Shown: positions 24,085 to 36,876 of the stretch, one piece after another
How the letters are laid out: each line of letters begins with the position of its first letter
How positions within the stretch are numbered: the stretch's first letter is position 1
Assembly: GCA_040954595.2 (NCBI GenBank)
Contig: CM082585.2
Span: forward strand, 1,114,218 to 1,178,217
From: Balanoglossus misakiensis
Lineage: Eukaryota; Animalia; Hemichordata
Length of the DNA: 64,000 nt
Reading direction: 5' to 3'
Program-made: the position numbers and the translations under genes
Notes under the pieces: model-generated
What the model saw: only the letters and a program-made list of their open reading frames with translations
Database searches by the model: none
What the model was told of the DNA's origin: nothing

Positions 24085-24297
24085 CATACAGAGTCACTTA
24101 ATAGCAAGATTTTGTGAGGTTATTGAGATGTAAAAAATAGGCTTTTCAATTACCATCTTGAGACAATTATCATTCAAGTGTTACTATGCAGTGCTTACTT
24201 GTAAACTGTCAAATTCCAAAACCAGTTATTTTTTACACTTGATACACCCACAAATTATTTGGGAACACTGACAAACACTGTTAAAAGACACACTCAC

Positions 24298-24416
24298 CAA
24301 TCCAACCATGGTTCGCTGTTTCATTGGAAGTCTCTTCAATCTGGTTTACAATCTCTGCTCCAGCATAACGATTTTCAGAATAACCCTCAATTACTGTCAA
24401 GTGCCCACCATAAAAT
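24298..24416 (-). CDS. uif-like exon, CLECT (FYGGHLTVIEGYSENRY...HGWIG)
   Basis: Acceptor ttattttcag, donor gtgagt; 119 nt, phase 2 to 1; GGHL..I...EN and WIG motifs. Confidence 0.9.
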
Positions 24417-25151
24417 CTGAAAATAAACCAATTTATAACACATCAAACATGTTCCAAACTAATTTCGAAATTCCAGTCCGTGAATAATACATTTCCTCTT
24501 TGAAAACATTTAATATTGGTGAATAAGAGGTTCATATATGTATAACATTAGATTTTTGTTTGTAAAGTCTATATTTTGTGTTACACCTTTCCAATAAGTG
24601 TGTGATTAGTGTAGATTTCGGCAGAATTTCTGGGAAAAAAGAATCTGTGAAAAATTCACCTGAATTTTGGGGAGAAAAAAAATTGCTGAACGTTTCCTTT
24701 GAATAAAAAAGTTCAGCTTATTTCTTTTAGAGAAAACATGACAAATTCCAGGAAATGGCTGTTGTTGTTTTTTTTTTGGTGTGAATAAACTTAAAAGACA
24801 AATTCTGATACAGTTGCATCAAGGTGATGGAAGAAAATCCCAGATTAACAGGATATTTGGAGAATTTATCCAGAATTTCAAAATTAGTTCGAAATGTGAC
24901 ATTGTGTTATCAATGATCTGTGTTGAGCAGTCGAACGATGAACGGGTAGTTGACAATTCCCACGAGCACACCCGTATCTTTCCTCGGTAGTTGCGCCGGG
25001 CCGGTCGGCAATGTAACAGAAAAAGTGGTACGATATGCCAGCTGAGCCGTCGCTAGTCTACAATTCCGAGTCTACAAGGCCGTCTCTAACTAAAAATTAT
25101 AATAACTATCGAGGTACGTGACAATTATATCAGCGAATGTGGGGCTGGGGG

Positions 25152-25467
25152 TTGCTGCAGTTTGCAGCCCCTCCATCTCCCCTGGACGATTTTTGTTTTT
25201 GCGGGGCTGCAGGTCCCAGCTATTCTAAACCGCACAACGAGCGACCGGGATTTGGGCCCGGAGCGAATTTCTACACTCAAGACGTCTCCAGTCCACAATT
25301 TTCCACAATTTTTTCGCCAAATCGGTCCCGGAACCCATACAGCGCTTACCTGGCAAAGGATGTCGCGGTATTTGTCGATTTTGCCTACGTTTTCCCCAGT
25401 TATTCAACTTCAATCGGCAAAACCAAAACTCGTTCAGGGGAGATGGAGGGGCTGCAAACTGCAGCAA
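25152..25467. repeat. ~50-bp inverted repeat pair inside a GC-richer transposon remnant
   Basis: ttgctgcagtttgcagcccctccatctcccctg (25152) versus caggggagatggaggggctgcaaactgcagcaa (ending 25467). Confidence 0.75.
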
Positions 25468-28400
25468 GGGCTGGGGGCTGCAGGCAGAATATATGACCAA
25501 AGGATACGCGTGAAAAAAAGACAATTACCTACTTTGCTACCGTGGGTCTTTGACTAATTAAAACATGATAACGTGCATCAAAGCCAGCCGAGGCTTCAGG
25601 GGCATAGTATTCCTGAGTTTATACGCGAAGAAACCAAGAAATATTCATGAGTATGTAGACGGAACTTGTCTTTTAGCTCAAATTTGACCTGGCTTGAGGT
25701 CACTGTGACAGCGCAGCCAGCGGTAGAATTGGGGTAGGCATGAAGAACATATCTACTACAAAAACTGGTGAGGGCGGGGGGGGGGGGGGGGAGATGGGGG
25801 GGGGGTGGGGGCTTTTCAGTTTAGTCACGGTCCTTGGTTTTGGCCTTCGGCTTCACTAGAAAAGCCAAAAAACCACAATGCCGAAGGCCAACTCGTCGAA
25901 GCACCTGGTACGTCTATGGCAGAAGTCAGTATTTACATGTTCTGACTCGGTACACGCCATGCACTTGCCAAGAGATTCCACGAGGAATACCATGATGATG
26001 AACGGCTCGGGCGTCTTCGTGTGCACGAAGACACGATACTAGACTTCATTGACCCTGTCTCATTCTTTTCTTTTCATGCGCATAAGGACATGAAAAGTCG
26101 ACCTAACCTTTTGTTTTATCACTTACTGTGGTTTTATAGGGATGCTGTGAGTGAAAAAGTGGCACATTCGGGTTGTTGCCTTATACTTAATTTCTCCATT
26201 TCTATTGGAGCAGGCGACACCGGGCCCAGGGTCGAACTTAAACCAATTTGCAGCCGTGATGGTCGAACAATGTCCGACAAACTTTAGGCACGTCAAGCTT
26301 ATGCCTTCCTGGGTCGCCCGACAAGAATGAACTTCTATTTTAACGATAGGGCCTATTCCAATCGATACCCGCCGTATCAGTCACGCAATAATGAACACGA
26401 AATCCAGATCCCCCAAAATGATGTTTCACTAGACTCGGGGAGAGTGCTGTTTAGTACCAACAGGCAATTAAAGGTATACGGTCACCTATGGAAAATTAGC
26501 TATAGTTACCATGGCAAATTGAGATGTAGCCAATCACAGATTTTTAGTGGGTGGCACACGCGAAAAAAGAGCGCCGCCATATGTTCTCATCTCAGCCATA
26601 TATGGTCCTATGTAACCACCTCATGTCATTTACAGAATTGGAACACCCTAAAGAATGTCATGCAGACAATGTCACGTGTTGTTCCATGACCAACCAAACA
26701 ACAAACTCATGTCCAAATCAATTAAATTCCAAAGAATGCTCCAAATATGCAGAATTGCCACGCAAGTCGAGCATACTTAAGCACTCTGCACAACTGAAAC
26801 ATAAAATCCAAGCTTTTAACAATACAACAATAAACAATCCATTCTGATCGAATTAATGACCAAATAAAACGAAAAACACAACTCGACCCACAAAAAGTAT
26901 ACGAAGCGCTTTTAATCGCTCATTAATGTTTGATCTCGAGGAGACGTGTTAAAAAATCCGCTATGAAAAGCAGGGGAGAACAATAGCCTATTTTTACCAG
27001 GTAAACAAACACCAGGTAAAAATCCACCCATGCTTCCAGACCGCTCTAGGATAGTGATCCACCCAATGAAACTGTATCTCTTTAACTTTAATTTGCAAAC
27101 TCGTGGAATTGATCATTTTATAAATCGCTCCATTTTGACGTTTTCTCTGTGGTTTGTTAATACGAATTTTGTCTGTGCCAAATCTGTCCTCTAATACTGT
27201 CACTTGTATTAGAGTTCAAATAACACAGAAGTATAATACAACGTTTTGAAAAAGACAGACATTTTTCGTGGGAACGGTGATATACTTAGGCCACACTCGA
27301 GCTAAAAACAAAAGTCTATATTTTATCAAAAATGCCTTGGACGCACAAACATCTACAGGATGTGGAAGGGGCGGGTCAAAACCGCGATCTACAACTGTGC
27401 CTCCCCCCCCCCCCCCCCGGCTGTCTTGCTTCTATTTGGAGTGTCAATGTGTGATTTAGCGTTGTTTGCGGCAGATACTAAGCTTTGTTCTTGTTTCACT
27501 CCATTTGCTGCATTGTGCTGTGCTCTGGTATTTCTCCAGGGTCTACGGTTACACTATAGGCTGATTAGTCGTATCTTTACTACACAGACAAAAAACTTCG
27601 AAGCTTTATGTCTGTGCCTTTTATGAACAAGCATCGTCCGATTCGAATTCGACTCGTCATCGGTAGCTATGTTTATTTCGCCCTTGGAGACCTCCCCTGG
27701 CCTTGTTAGGATGACTGTTACCAGGACTACCTTAAACCAATCTTTTCGAACCGGACGGTACACACGACATGTCTATGTTAATTGTCCAGGTACCAGAGTG
27801 TACGTGTGGGCTCCCTAAACCCCTCATTGGCGGCCGGTCCCTGTCCGAATAAACACGTTTGACAGACAAAAAATGATGAACAAGTGGCTTACTTCAATAC
27901 TTCGTTAACTAGACGGCTGAACTCTGAATGTTGATTCAGCAAAAAAAATGTGTTTACGGCAAGGTTTTGATCAATACGACACATTTACCATTGAAAACGC
28001 CCAAAGTAAGTGGGGGCGTTTGACCATCAATCAAACCCACGCCCAGGTGCATGTGAACGGCCGAAGCAGTGTAACGTTTCACATTCCGTGCAACGTCCGA
28101 CACTGTGTGAAAGCGGTTGCTGTCGGGTGGCTTGACCTAATTTTCGTACATTGATATGCATTTGACACCTCACTACCTGTTTTCTTAATATTGCTAAAAC
28201 TTTGCGTTAAATATCACTGAAATGTTGATGATCCACGCACAAGTCGTCTACCCCGGCATGAAAAGCTTTTATACAAGAAAACTAATTGCACATGACCACC
28301 AAGGTCATACCGCAAGGTGTGTCTAAATGTCAAGGAAGGACATTGGGAGGGGGGACTTGGGTCGAGAACGACCATGACGGAGGAAAAACCGACAAGTCAT

Positions 28401-29159
28401 TGTGTAACCTGTTTACTTGCCAATAGTCAAACGTCAAAATTTACTCTCAACTTGGTTGCAGATCGAGTCTCCCGAATTTCCAACTTTTATGATTGGGTAA
28501 ATACCGATATGCGACTGGTATGCGACGCGTTGACGACGCGAAGATTTTGTTGAAATCAAATGGTTTGTCAAATGTCATCTCACAGTGGAGATGCCGTGGT
28601 CATCTGACATGAAAGGGTTCGATTGGGTCTGACCGCCGTCGTTCATCCATGCTTAGAAAGCGGCGATCATGGTACAATGTAAAACCAAGGTCAAACCTTA
28701 CTGAACACATGTATTGCATGGAGAAACTTTTCTCCCTGTCTGTGTACTGAACACGTACCGTGATTGCCATAGTTACAAACGTTACCACGTGAGAGAGAGT
28801 GCATTTTACATCTGTCTTTTCAATTTTGTTGCTTTCTTACTATTCGGAATGATGGAGTCGAAACGAAAACTTTTTGCTTCAGGTGGACCTAGGGGAAATA
28901 CCTTATTTGTGACTTTTTTCATGACCCTAAAAAGACGTCGGAATTAATGTGGCTGAGGTCACTCAGGACAACGGAATGGTTGAGCGATTTTATTTTATGA
29001 GCTCCCACTAGTATTTGTTTCATTGTTTCGGCAGTGTGTCGCGTTATTCGAGCAATCTGCAGTCTGAAAACGAACGGTTTTCAAAGTTTATAACAGAAGA
29101 ACAGGGGTTTAAGCATGAAAGGTCCTGTTGTCTCCCTCGCTGTGTTTGTGTCACTGTGT

Positions 29160-29365
29160 CTTTGACGTCTGACTGACTGATTAACTGGCTGACTGACTTA
29201 CTGACTGTCTGTCAACGTCGGTCTGTCTGACTGTCTGCCCCCTCTCTCTGAGAGAGAGAGTGAGCGAGCGAGCGAGCGACCGATGAGTGTCTCTACTGAT
29301 GAATGTAGCTCTGTCTGTCTGCTTGTGTCTGTCTGCCACTCTGCCTGTTTCACTCTGTCTCTCCT
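29160..29365. repeat. compound microsatellite (CTGA/CTGT/GA/GAGC)
   Basis: ctgactgactga..., gagagagag, gagcgagcgagc, tctgtctgtct. Confidence 0.85.
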
Positions 29366-29535
29366 AATTTATTTAAATTTAGGGATATGCTATTAATGCG
29401 ATATGAAAGTCAGACACGACGGAAACCTTTTATTCTCAAAACTGTCTGTTGTTTGCTGTTAAATATTGCAAAAGGTTAAGGGCCCTTTTCGCACGAGACA
29501 CATGGCTTTGCAGCCGTAGCTCCCAATGTCATAAC

Positions 29536-29793
29536 GATTACCCGAACTACCCTAATTTTAGCCCGCCGACCCAAAACAGTTTAGATCTTCGTAAACCGGA
29601 AGTAAAACTAACGATGTCAAATATACAACAATTCATGAAAATTGCGAGAATCACGCAAGAACTATGATGTCATTCTTCTACACTACGACGGCCAAAGATA
29701 TAAAAAAATTGAAAAATAAAAAAATGTCCCTTTCTACCTACCCTATTTTTGAAAACCATGTAATCGGAATAGCACATATTAGTTTTTTTGGCC
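29536..29793. mobile_element. Zator-like DNA transposon remnant
   Basis: Ends ctacctaccctattttt...ttttttggcc|tga, with internal gattacccga...ctaattttagcccgccgaccc. These resemble Zator termini as I recall them. Confidence 0.45.
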
Positions 29794-29994
29794 TGAGACA
29801 TATCCAATTTCCCAACTGAACATGACACGTGATCAAGCATTTTCGACTTATCAGATGCAATCGCTGAACACCTCACACTAAGCGAGGTTTTGTCTGTCTT
29901 TATACGCGCCCTTTGTATTTGTGCGTGACATGTCCAAGCCTTGTTAGGATCTCCCATAAAATTCTACTCAAATGATGTATACTTTCATACTTAC

Positions 29995-30076
29995 GACTGA
30001 CAGGTATTTTCAGCGTTGCCAGCTGATTGTTTGTCAGGTACCGCTTTATAACAAGACGCCCCTCTGAGTTGATAAC
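29995..30076 (-). CDS. uif-like exon, CLECT (GYQLRGASCYKAVPDKQSAGNAENTCQS)
   Basis: Acceptor acattgcag, donor gtaagt; 82 nt, phase 1 to 2; CYK...A...C pattern of a long-form C-type lectin. Confidence 0.85.
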
Positions 30077-30774
30077 CTGCAATGTAACATCATTCAATTG
30101 GTCTAGTCATGTTAGCATTAGTAAAATGCTTCAAAAGTGTTAAAGGGACATGATACAAGACACCGTTTATGTTAGTGAATGAACGTTCAACCACACACAA
30201 CTTCCATCCCGCTTGTATGATACGAGAGTAAAAACCCGCCCGAAATGAATAAATGGTAGAGACCGTTTATTCATTTTGGCGACTTTTTAAAACTCTCGTG
30301 TCTATACAAGCGGAGTGGAAGGTGTGTATGGTTGAACGTTGATTCACTATATCCACATGTAGAATAATATAAACGCAGTCTTGTATCAAACATAATTAAT
30401 GGAAAAAGGGCAGCGGGAGAGAGACTTTGTCCCTTTAATGAATACAGCCACAATGTTCTGTTTATATCTACTGACGGACCAGGCATGGATTGTCACGTAT
30501 AATTCTTTGAAACGTTTGGTCCTCTGAAGAAATCTGAGCACTCATCTACTCAGTTTGCTTATTTTGTCTTCCTCCACCAGTCAGTGGTATCGTCCGATTT
30601 GATACTCCACTCTAAGCCTCTTTCTGAATGGCTATTTAAGTTGTGATCTGTAAGTCTTAAACCTTTCATCACCCCCCCCCCCCGTTTCCTCTTTAGAGGT
30701 CCAACATTACCATAGAAAACAATTGGTTTTGACTGAACCATGTTGGTGAAAGGGCTAGGGTCAATTCAACTTAC

Positions 30775-30832
30775 CTTCTGGACATTCATATTTCACAAAG
30801 GGTGTTCCAAACATTGCTCCAAGATCCAATTG
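30775..30832 (-). CDS. uif-like exon, start of C-type lectin domain (QLDLGAMFGTPFVKYECPEG)
   Basis: Acceptor tttgtaacag, donor AAG|gtaagt; 58 nt, ends in phase 1 and joins the next exon as CPEGYQLRG. Confidence 0.75.
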
Positions 30833-32859
30833 CTGTTACAAATAAACAATAAGTTAGCTGCCAGTACACTCAATGATGTACGCGCAGAACGTCAACTGGT
30901 AAACAGTGCGCCTGTGTCTCTTCCCATAGGAGTACATGGAGAATAGTTAGAAAACTCCCTTCTATTATTGTCATTTTCAGGAAATTTTACACATAGCTCC
31001 GACAAATCAAAATAAATTCACCACGGTCTATTTTGAGATAAACTTTGTTCAATATTGTATCCATAGGCAAACCATTGGTAGAAAATGCTGACCGTCAGCA
31101 GTTTTCTTCAATTATCGACTAAATTCACGGCCTTGTTTAAAGTCGAAAACAAGTGCAGTGACCCAAAATGGTTTTTCATTATACATACAAATCAGAAACG
31201 AAAATCCACGATTAAAAGAAATGACAATACAAAACACCGTTTATGTTAATGTAAATGTGGATATATAGTGATGCAACGTTCAACCGCACACACCTTCCAT
31301 CCCGCATGTAGACACGAGAGCGAAAACTCGCCAAACTGAAAAATCGGTCTCTACCATTTATTCATTTTGGGCGAGTTTTTACTCTCATATCATACAAGCA
31401 GGATGGAAGTTGTGTGTGGTTGAACGTTCATTCACTACATATACACATGCCCATTAATATAAACGGTGTCTTGTATCAAACATTATTAATAGAAAAGGGC
31501 GACGGGAGAGAGTTTGCCCCTTTAAGGCGACATGATGCATGAAGTGGCGAGAGATAAATGCGACTGACCACCGCATTAAACACTGTCAAGCAAGGCACTT
31601 CAAATGCCAATTGTTTAAGTGTGTACTAAGTAATAGTTTCATGTACCATGTCCTGGGGGGGAGGGGTCAAATCACAACAGTTGGACATGTACGAATATGA
31701 AGAGACGATATCAGTTTTTTCATGTCTTCCTTTAGTAAACAATCTTTTTTGAACTTTGTATAGAATTCATTGAACTTTACTTTAGCTTATGAACTCTCAT
31801 TTGCACATCGTCATCTTGAAATTGTGTCGACTTTATCATAAGGTTTTTATAACTCAACTAGGTCGCAAAACCTATTTAAGTTAGTGAGAATAGGACGTTC
31901 ACCTTTTGGGTTGATGGCTACAGACATTAATCCTGACTCATACACATGTTGCAGCCAGTATACTCTGCAGACATTGGACACAATAGTTTTACTAACCATT
32001 GAATTTTATTGGACCATCAAGTTTATTGACCCATGACGTTCATATACATTGTATGACACGACTGACGCTATAATCGGTCCATACCTTCGGCGAGCCAAGT
32101 GTTTTATAACATCATAAGATATTAATACCTATCACCCAGTCAAACGATTTCAAGTTATACAATTTCCACGCCAATAGGACGCCTTTAGGTGGAAATGCAA
32201 CCAGGTATCCTGAATAGGAAAATATTCCGGGTATCTGTCAAGTTTAGTCCCATATTTAGGGGACCAAGAGCCCTCAGGCGCTTGGTCCCCTTCTGTTATT
32301 GCTGGAGTTTGTCTTCTTTCTTCTTGAGTCGTTTTTTTTGCGCCCGTTTTTCTCTGAAATTCCGGCAGGTGCGCCTTCCAAATTTGGCACGGTGGTTGGG
32401 GCCCATAGTACTGGTGCACCAGCCCTTTGAATTTGTAATTAGTCACGTGACTTTGTTGCTATAATCGAGCGAAATTTTCAAATTGACCTAATTTGCACGT
32501 TAATGGGGGCATGTACATTCTTTTCGCGATTTTTGTAGACCATGTGGCCAAAATCCCCTGTGCCAAATTTCAAGGTCCTAGGCCACGTCGATTTTGAGAA
32601 GAAGATTTTTGTAATATTTTTTCGCTTTTTTTGGTGGGCTGAGGACGGACACTGGGGCATCGGACTTTGACCGTCATTACGTTATGTTGTGGAGATCTCA
32701 TTAGCAGGCTACTCACTTCTGGCGGGTTGCAGTAGTCCTTGGAAAATCGGCTGAAATACGTAAACAGACCAGTGATTATTTTCCACGGAATGAATTTTGG
32801 GACAACACATTATCGGAGTTCAGGCTGTGTTAGGGCGTTTTATTGAATTACGCTGAGTT

Positions 32860-35800
32860 TGGATTGACTACTGTGTTACCACTGAAATTTCTCATAGCAA
32901 TGTTCTTTCAATTTCGAGTCTTTGCAATGTTGTTGACTCCGACCATATTCCTGTTTCAATAGAGGTTCATTTCAACACTTCTGCTGATGAAAGCTTCAGC
33001 AGTAGTTCCTTCAAGCAATGTAATTTTCGAGTTGATTGGAAAAAATTGTCACAGCAGAATATATCCGCCTACACCGGTTGTACCAAAGCCAAGATTGATA
33101 AGATTAATTTATCCGAAGAGTTATTCTGCACTAATGTGAACTGTACAGACCCTTCGCATTTACAGGCAATTGATACTTGTTATAGTAGTATTGTGGACGC
33201 ATTGAATTGTGCTGCAAAAGATACCATTAGACGTAAGTTTCACCAGAAAGTTCATGTTGTGCCTGGCTGGAACGATTTTGTAAAAGAAAGTCACGACTAT
33301 GCCCGTTCCATGTTTTTATTATGGGTTAATGTGGGTTAACCTAAACAAGGCCCGCTTTTTGAAACCATGAAATCTTCCAGAGCTCGTTTTTAGTATGCTT
33401 TACGTGCTTGTAAAAAGATTGAGAATCAAAATAGGGCTGACAAGATGGCTGATAATTTACGCTGCCACAAACAGAACGACTTCTGGGAGGAAGTCAGAAA
33501 GCAAACTTGCAGAAAAACGCCGCTTTCTGACACTGTAGGTGGAGCGACTGGTGAGAGTGAAATTGCAATTATGTGGCACAAGCATTTCAGTGATATTTTG
33601 AATTCTGTCCAGGCTCAGACTGGTAAAAATGACATCGAGGAGAAAATGAAGTATGTTAAATTTTCTTCTGATATGTATGTTTCTGAAGACGAAGTAATTT
33701 CTGCTATACATAAGTTACCTGATGGTAAGACAGCTGGCATTGACAATATTTTAGCTGAGCACCTCAAATTCTCAGACTCCTCTATTTTACCCTTTTTGAC
33801 TTGTTGTATTAATGCAATGATTGTTCATGGTTACCTGCCAACTGAGGCTATCAATGTTAATTTAGTTCCAATTATTAAGGATAAAACTAAGCTTTGTAGT
33901 GATGCCAGTAACTACCGGCCGATAGCACTAGCAACTGTTTTCTCTAAAGTTTTTGAGCATATTTTACTTTCTCGTTGTGAGGAGTTTCTTACCTCTCATT
34001 ATTTACAATTTGGTTTCAAGCGAGAACATTCAACTGACCTGTGTTTATTTGCATTTAAAGAAATCATTAGCTACTACACCAGCAATGGAAGACCAGTGTT
34101 TACTTGTTTTCTGGATGCTTCAAAAGCTTTTGACAGAGTTAATCACTTTAAACTGGTTATAATTAACAAGCACATCGACAGGAATGTTCCCTTGTATGCT
34201 GTACGAATTTTATATTAATGGTACAGAAATCAATTGTTTACTGTGTTGTGGGGTAATGAAACCTCAGAGTTGTTTTCTGTTTCTAACGGTGTAAGACAAG
34301 GGGGGGTACTCTCTCCCTATCTTTTTAATGTCTACATTGATGATATTATCAATGCACTCTGTAAAGCCAAAGTTAGCTGTACCATGTGTGGTGTCAGCGC
34401 TAACACTTTAGGTTACGCTGACGACATGACTCTACTCAGTCCAAGTATTAAGGGTCTACGCCGTCTTCTTAGAATTTGTGAAATTTATGGCAAGGATTAT
34501 GATATCATTTATAATTCTAGTAAAACTGTGTGCATGCTTTTTAATGGGAAGAATATGAGCGTTCAAAGAATTCCTTCGGTTAAACTTAATGACATCACTT
34601 TAAAGTTTGTACCTGTACACACCTATCTGGGCCATGTTATATCTTGTGATGGTTGTGATAATGAAGATATTGAACGACAGAGAAGAGCATTTTGTGTAAG
34701 AGCAAACATGCTATTGAGACATTTTCAACATTGTAGTCAAGATGTGAAGAAAGTTTTATTTTTGGCATATTGTAGTAATATTTACTGTTGCAGTTTGTGG
34801 GCATCCTTTAAAGTTAAACCGATGAAAAAATTTAAAACTATGTACAATAATGTTTGCAGAAGATTTCTCGGTCTTCCGCCATTTTGCTGTGCATCGGGTA
34901 TGTTTGCTACAAACCATGTACATGTATTGTCACTTGGTGAAGTTTTTAGACGCAATATGTACAGTTTTAAGATGGGTCCCTGGGATCTTTTTGCTCGTTG
35001 CTGTGGGCCTTTATAGGACATTACACCCCGATTTGGACTAAGCCGTTTTCAGAGTCTAACAAGGGGCTGGTAACTAGTTGAAAATCTGCACGATTATGTG
35101 CACACCCCCTGTCCGAGTATGTTTACGGCAGCTACCACCCGGCCATAGGCCGCCACGCTAATACGGCAAAGCAGCGGTCAGCGATAGCGTGCGCGTCCTG
35201 TAACCACAGTAACTGGATCGAACGCTAAAAATCCAATGTTTTGTACACAGAGATTTTGTACCGTTCACGAAAATCCCTAAGGCTTTTTTTCATAGGCCAC
35301 GTACGCCAGTCAAATTTGACCTGCTTGTTGAGAACGCACTTCCGCACAGTGTGACGGATCGTTTTTTCGGTTTTCGTCGTGCTAAGAAACGATACCGGTG
35401 GAAGAGTGCGTCCAAAAACACCCAAAATCGATGACTTTTTCAGGTGTGGTACGGGTATGCTGAAATCTTAGGATACAACGATAATATTCGAAAACAAAAT
35501 CCGTCACGATCTTCCCTGGTTCAAGCAACTAATGAATACGTATCAAGTTCGTTTTTGAGGTCACGGAATAAAAAGCCTTAGGCTTTTGAAATTTGACCTA
35601 GCTAATTTTCATATCAATGGCGTCAGGGGGCGCGCGCTCACAATCGTGCAGATTTTCAACTAGTTACCAGCCCCTTGTTAGACTCGGAAAACGGCTTAGT
35701 CCAAATCGGGGTGTAATGTCCTATAAAGGCCCATAGCAACGAGCAAAAAGATCCCAGGGACCCATCTTAAGCGTAGACTCGAAAATTCTTCTAATGTTTT

Positions 35801-35993
35801 ACTTGATGCGATCTGTTCATCAGATAGAGCGACTGACAGCATATTTTTCAAACATTGGCGAAAGCAATTGTATATCATGTAAGTTTTTTTTGTGTGTGTC
35901 TCAGTGTCAGATTATTATTATTGTTTTTTTTTTCTTCTCTCTTTTGGGTATATGGACTTTTTTTAAAGTCTGAAATAAAGAATTGTTATTATT
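32860..35993 (+). mobile_element. 5'-truncated non-LTR retrotransposon (LINE) ORF2 pseudogene: end of AP-endonuclease plus reverse transcriptase; clade uncertain (Proto2/RTEX-like suspected)
   Basis: One reading frame from WIDYCV...SDHIPV through NYRPIAL, QFGFK, FLDASKAFDRVNH, GVRQGGVLSPYLFNVYIDD and YADD. In-frame stops at 33337, 33391 and 34216; natural stop at 35880-35882 after removing the MITE; AATAAA at 35974 and a short (ATT)-like tail. Confidence 0.93.
34971..35766. mobile_element. 796-bp non-autonomous TIR element with TTAA TSD (Kolobok-like) inserted in the LINE
   Basis: TTAA at 34967-34970 and 35767-35770; 125-bp TIRs (34971-35095 / 35642-35766) with 2 mismatches; termini GA...TC. 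Confidence 0.92.
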
Positions 35994-36876
35994 TGTTAGC
36001 TGTTGCCATTCAAATGTGTCTACGCAAACCCGGCTACACTGGCAGTGGGCTTTGACTCTAAGTCGCTAATGTTGTGGGAGGTTTCATTAGCATTGTAGTC
36101 ACATGTAGTGGATAGTAGTTTGGGAAATTGCCTGAAATACGTCAGCAGACCAGTGATTTTCTTGCACTAAGGGAGTTTGGTACCAGCAATAATCAGAGAT
36201 CAGGCTTCGTTGCCGTTCAAAAGTTCCTACTTCAGTCGTGATGTTGCAACTGGACGTTCAGTATGGGGGTCGGCCCGCAGGTGGCCGTGTGGGTTATCAG
36301 GTCGCCCGTAACGGCACGCAGCTACATGCAGCTGTATGGGACCAAAATAATACACCCGATTCGGGGGTCACCTGTGACACCTGCGTAACTCAATAATTAT
36401 GTGCATGCGTAATTGTGGGGTCAATGAAAGGGGTGGTAGCGTGGTATTTGTTGCACATGGATCAATATGAAGTCCGATTTTCCCGTCAAGTTGTGGGCGA
36501 CCTTATGTGACCTTTCACCTACTTTTGCTTAGTGAGCATCTACAGAAGATGCATGCAGCTTTGGCTTGGGGGGGGGGGCATATACGGATGGGACCATAAT
36601 GATATACCAAAGGCGGGGTCACCTGTTGCACCTGCCTAAGTCATTGATTTTGTACATTTAATTGGACACTAACCAACAGGGCGATAGGTGTGGTTTTTGT
36701 TCCACAGGGACGAATGTAAGTGTCAGTTGGTTTTTGCCCAAATGTATAAGGTGATTTTGATGACCTCTGTCATACAGTGCCATATCTCATCCCGTTGTAC
36801 AGGTGCAGCTTTGGTATTTGGAGGGATGAAACTATCATGAAATGCCAAATACAGGGGGATACCTTTGACACCTGCC

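Larger units (their letters stand above)
11389..30832 (-). pseudogene. uif: uninflatable-like (CLECT-CUBx3-CCPx4-EGF_CAx2...) multi-exon gene, 5' part, with disabling lesions; pseudogene or domain-shedding gene
   Basis: 16 exons joined by hand with consistent splice phases. Domain order and the unusual extended EGF (DINECASHSCDQLCKNTAGGFQCSCEEGYLLYANNGTGGFYLPPGETGLSMYDVYTFNQSCV) match my recollection of Drosophila Uif (GYQLYTSNGTAGY...SGERDGDTYQRNKTCV). Lesions at 18933-18935, 18132-18133, ~14553/14502 and 13192-13193. The signal-peptide exon and downstream exons were not located. Confidence 0.75.
32255..36876 (-). mobile_element. Helentron-associated element with diverged ~220-250 bp internal repeats, interrupted by a LINE and running into the 78-bp satellite
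   Basis: Terminal hairpin GGGGACCAAG...CTTGGTCCCC (32259-32290), short TCT microsatellite, and the ccaaatttca...gagaagaagatttt core motif shared with the 16.4-kb element. Repeat units at ~32662/36048 and ~36363/36616/36854. Confidence 0.55.

Noticed and set aside
24998-27841. Possible ~2.8-kb TIR element bounded by gggccggtcggcaatg / cattggcggccggtccc
   Set aside because: Short imperfect match, no clear TSD and no transposase ORF.
25137-29667. Short ORFs of 60-131 aa in the large intron
   Set aside because: No recognisable domains or splice-consistent exons; they overlap repeat remnants and inverted repeats.
32085-32190. Candidate first (signal-peptide) exon of the uif-like gene ending AAG|gtatgg
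   Set aside because: The required frame has TGA at 32114-32112 and no ATG. It could be a UTR exon, a decayed exon or chance, so it is unsupported.
34971-35766. piggyBac assignment for the TTAA elements
   Set aside because: piggyBac ends are typically CCC...GGG. These begin with purines (GA/AG/AA), which fits Kolobok better.
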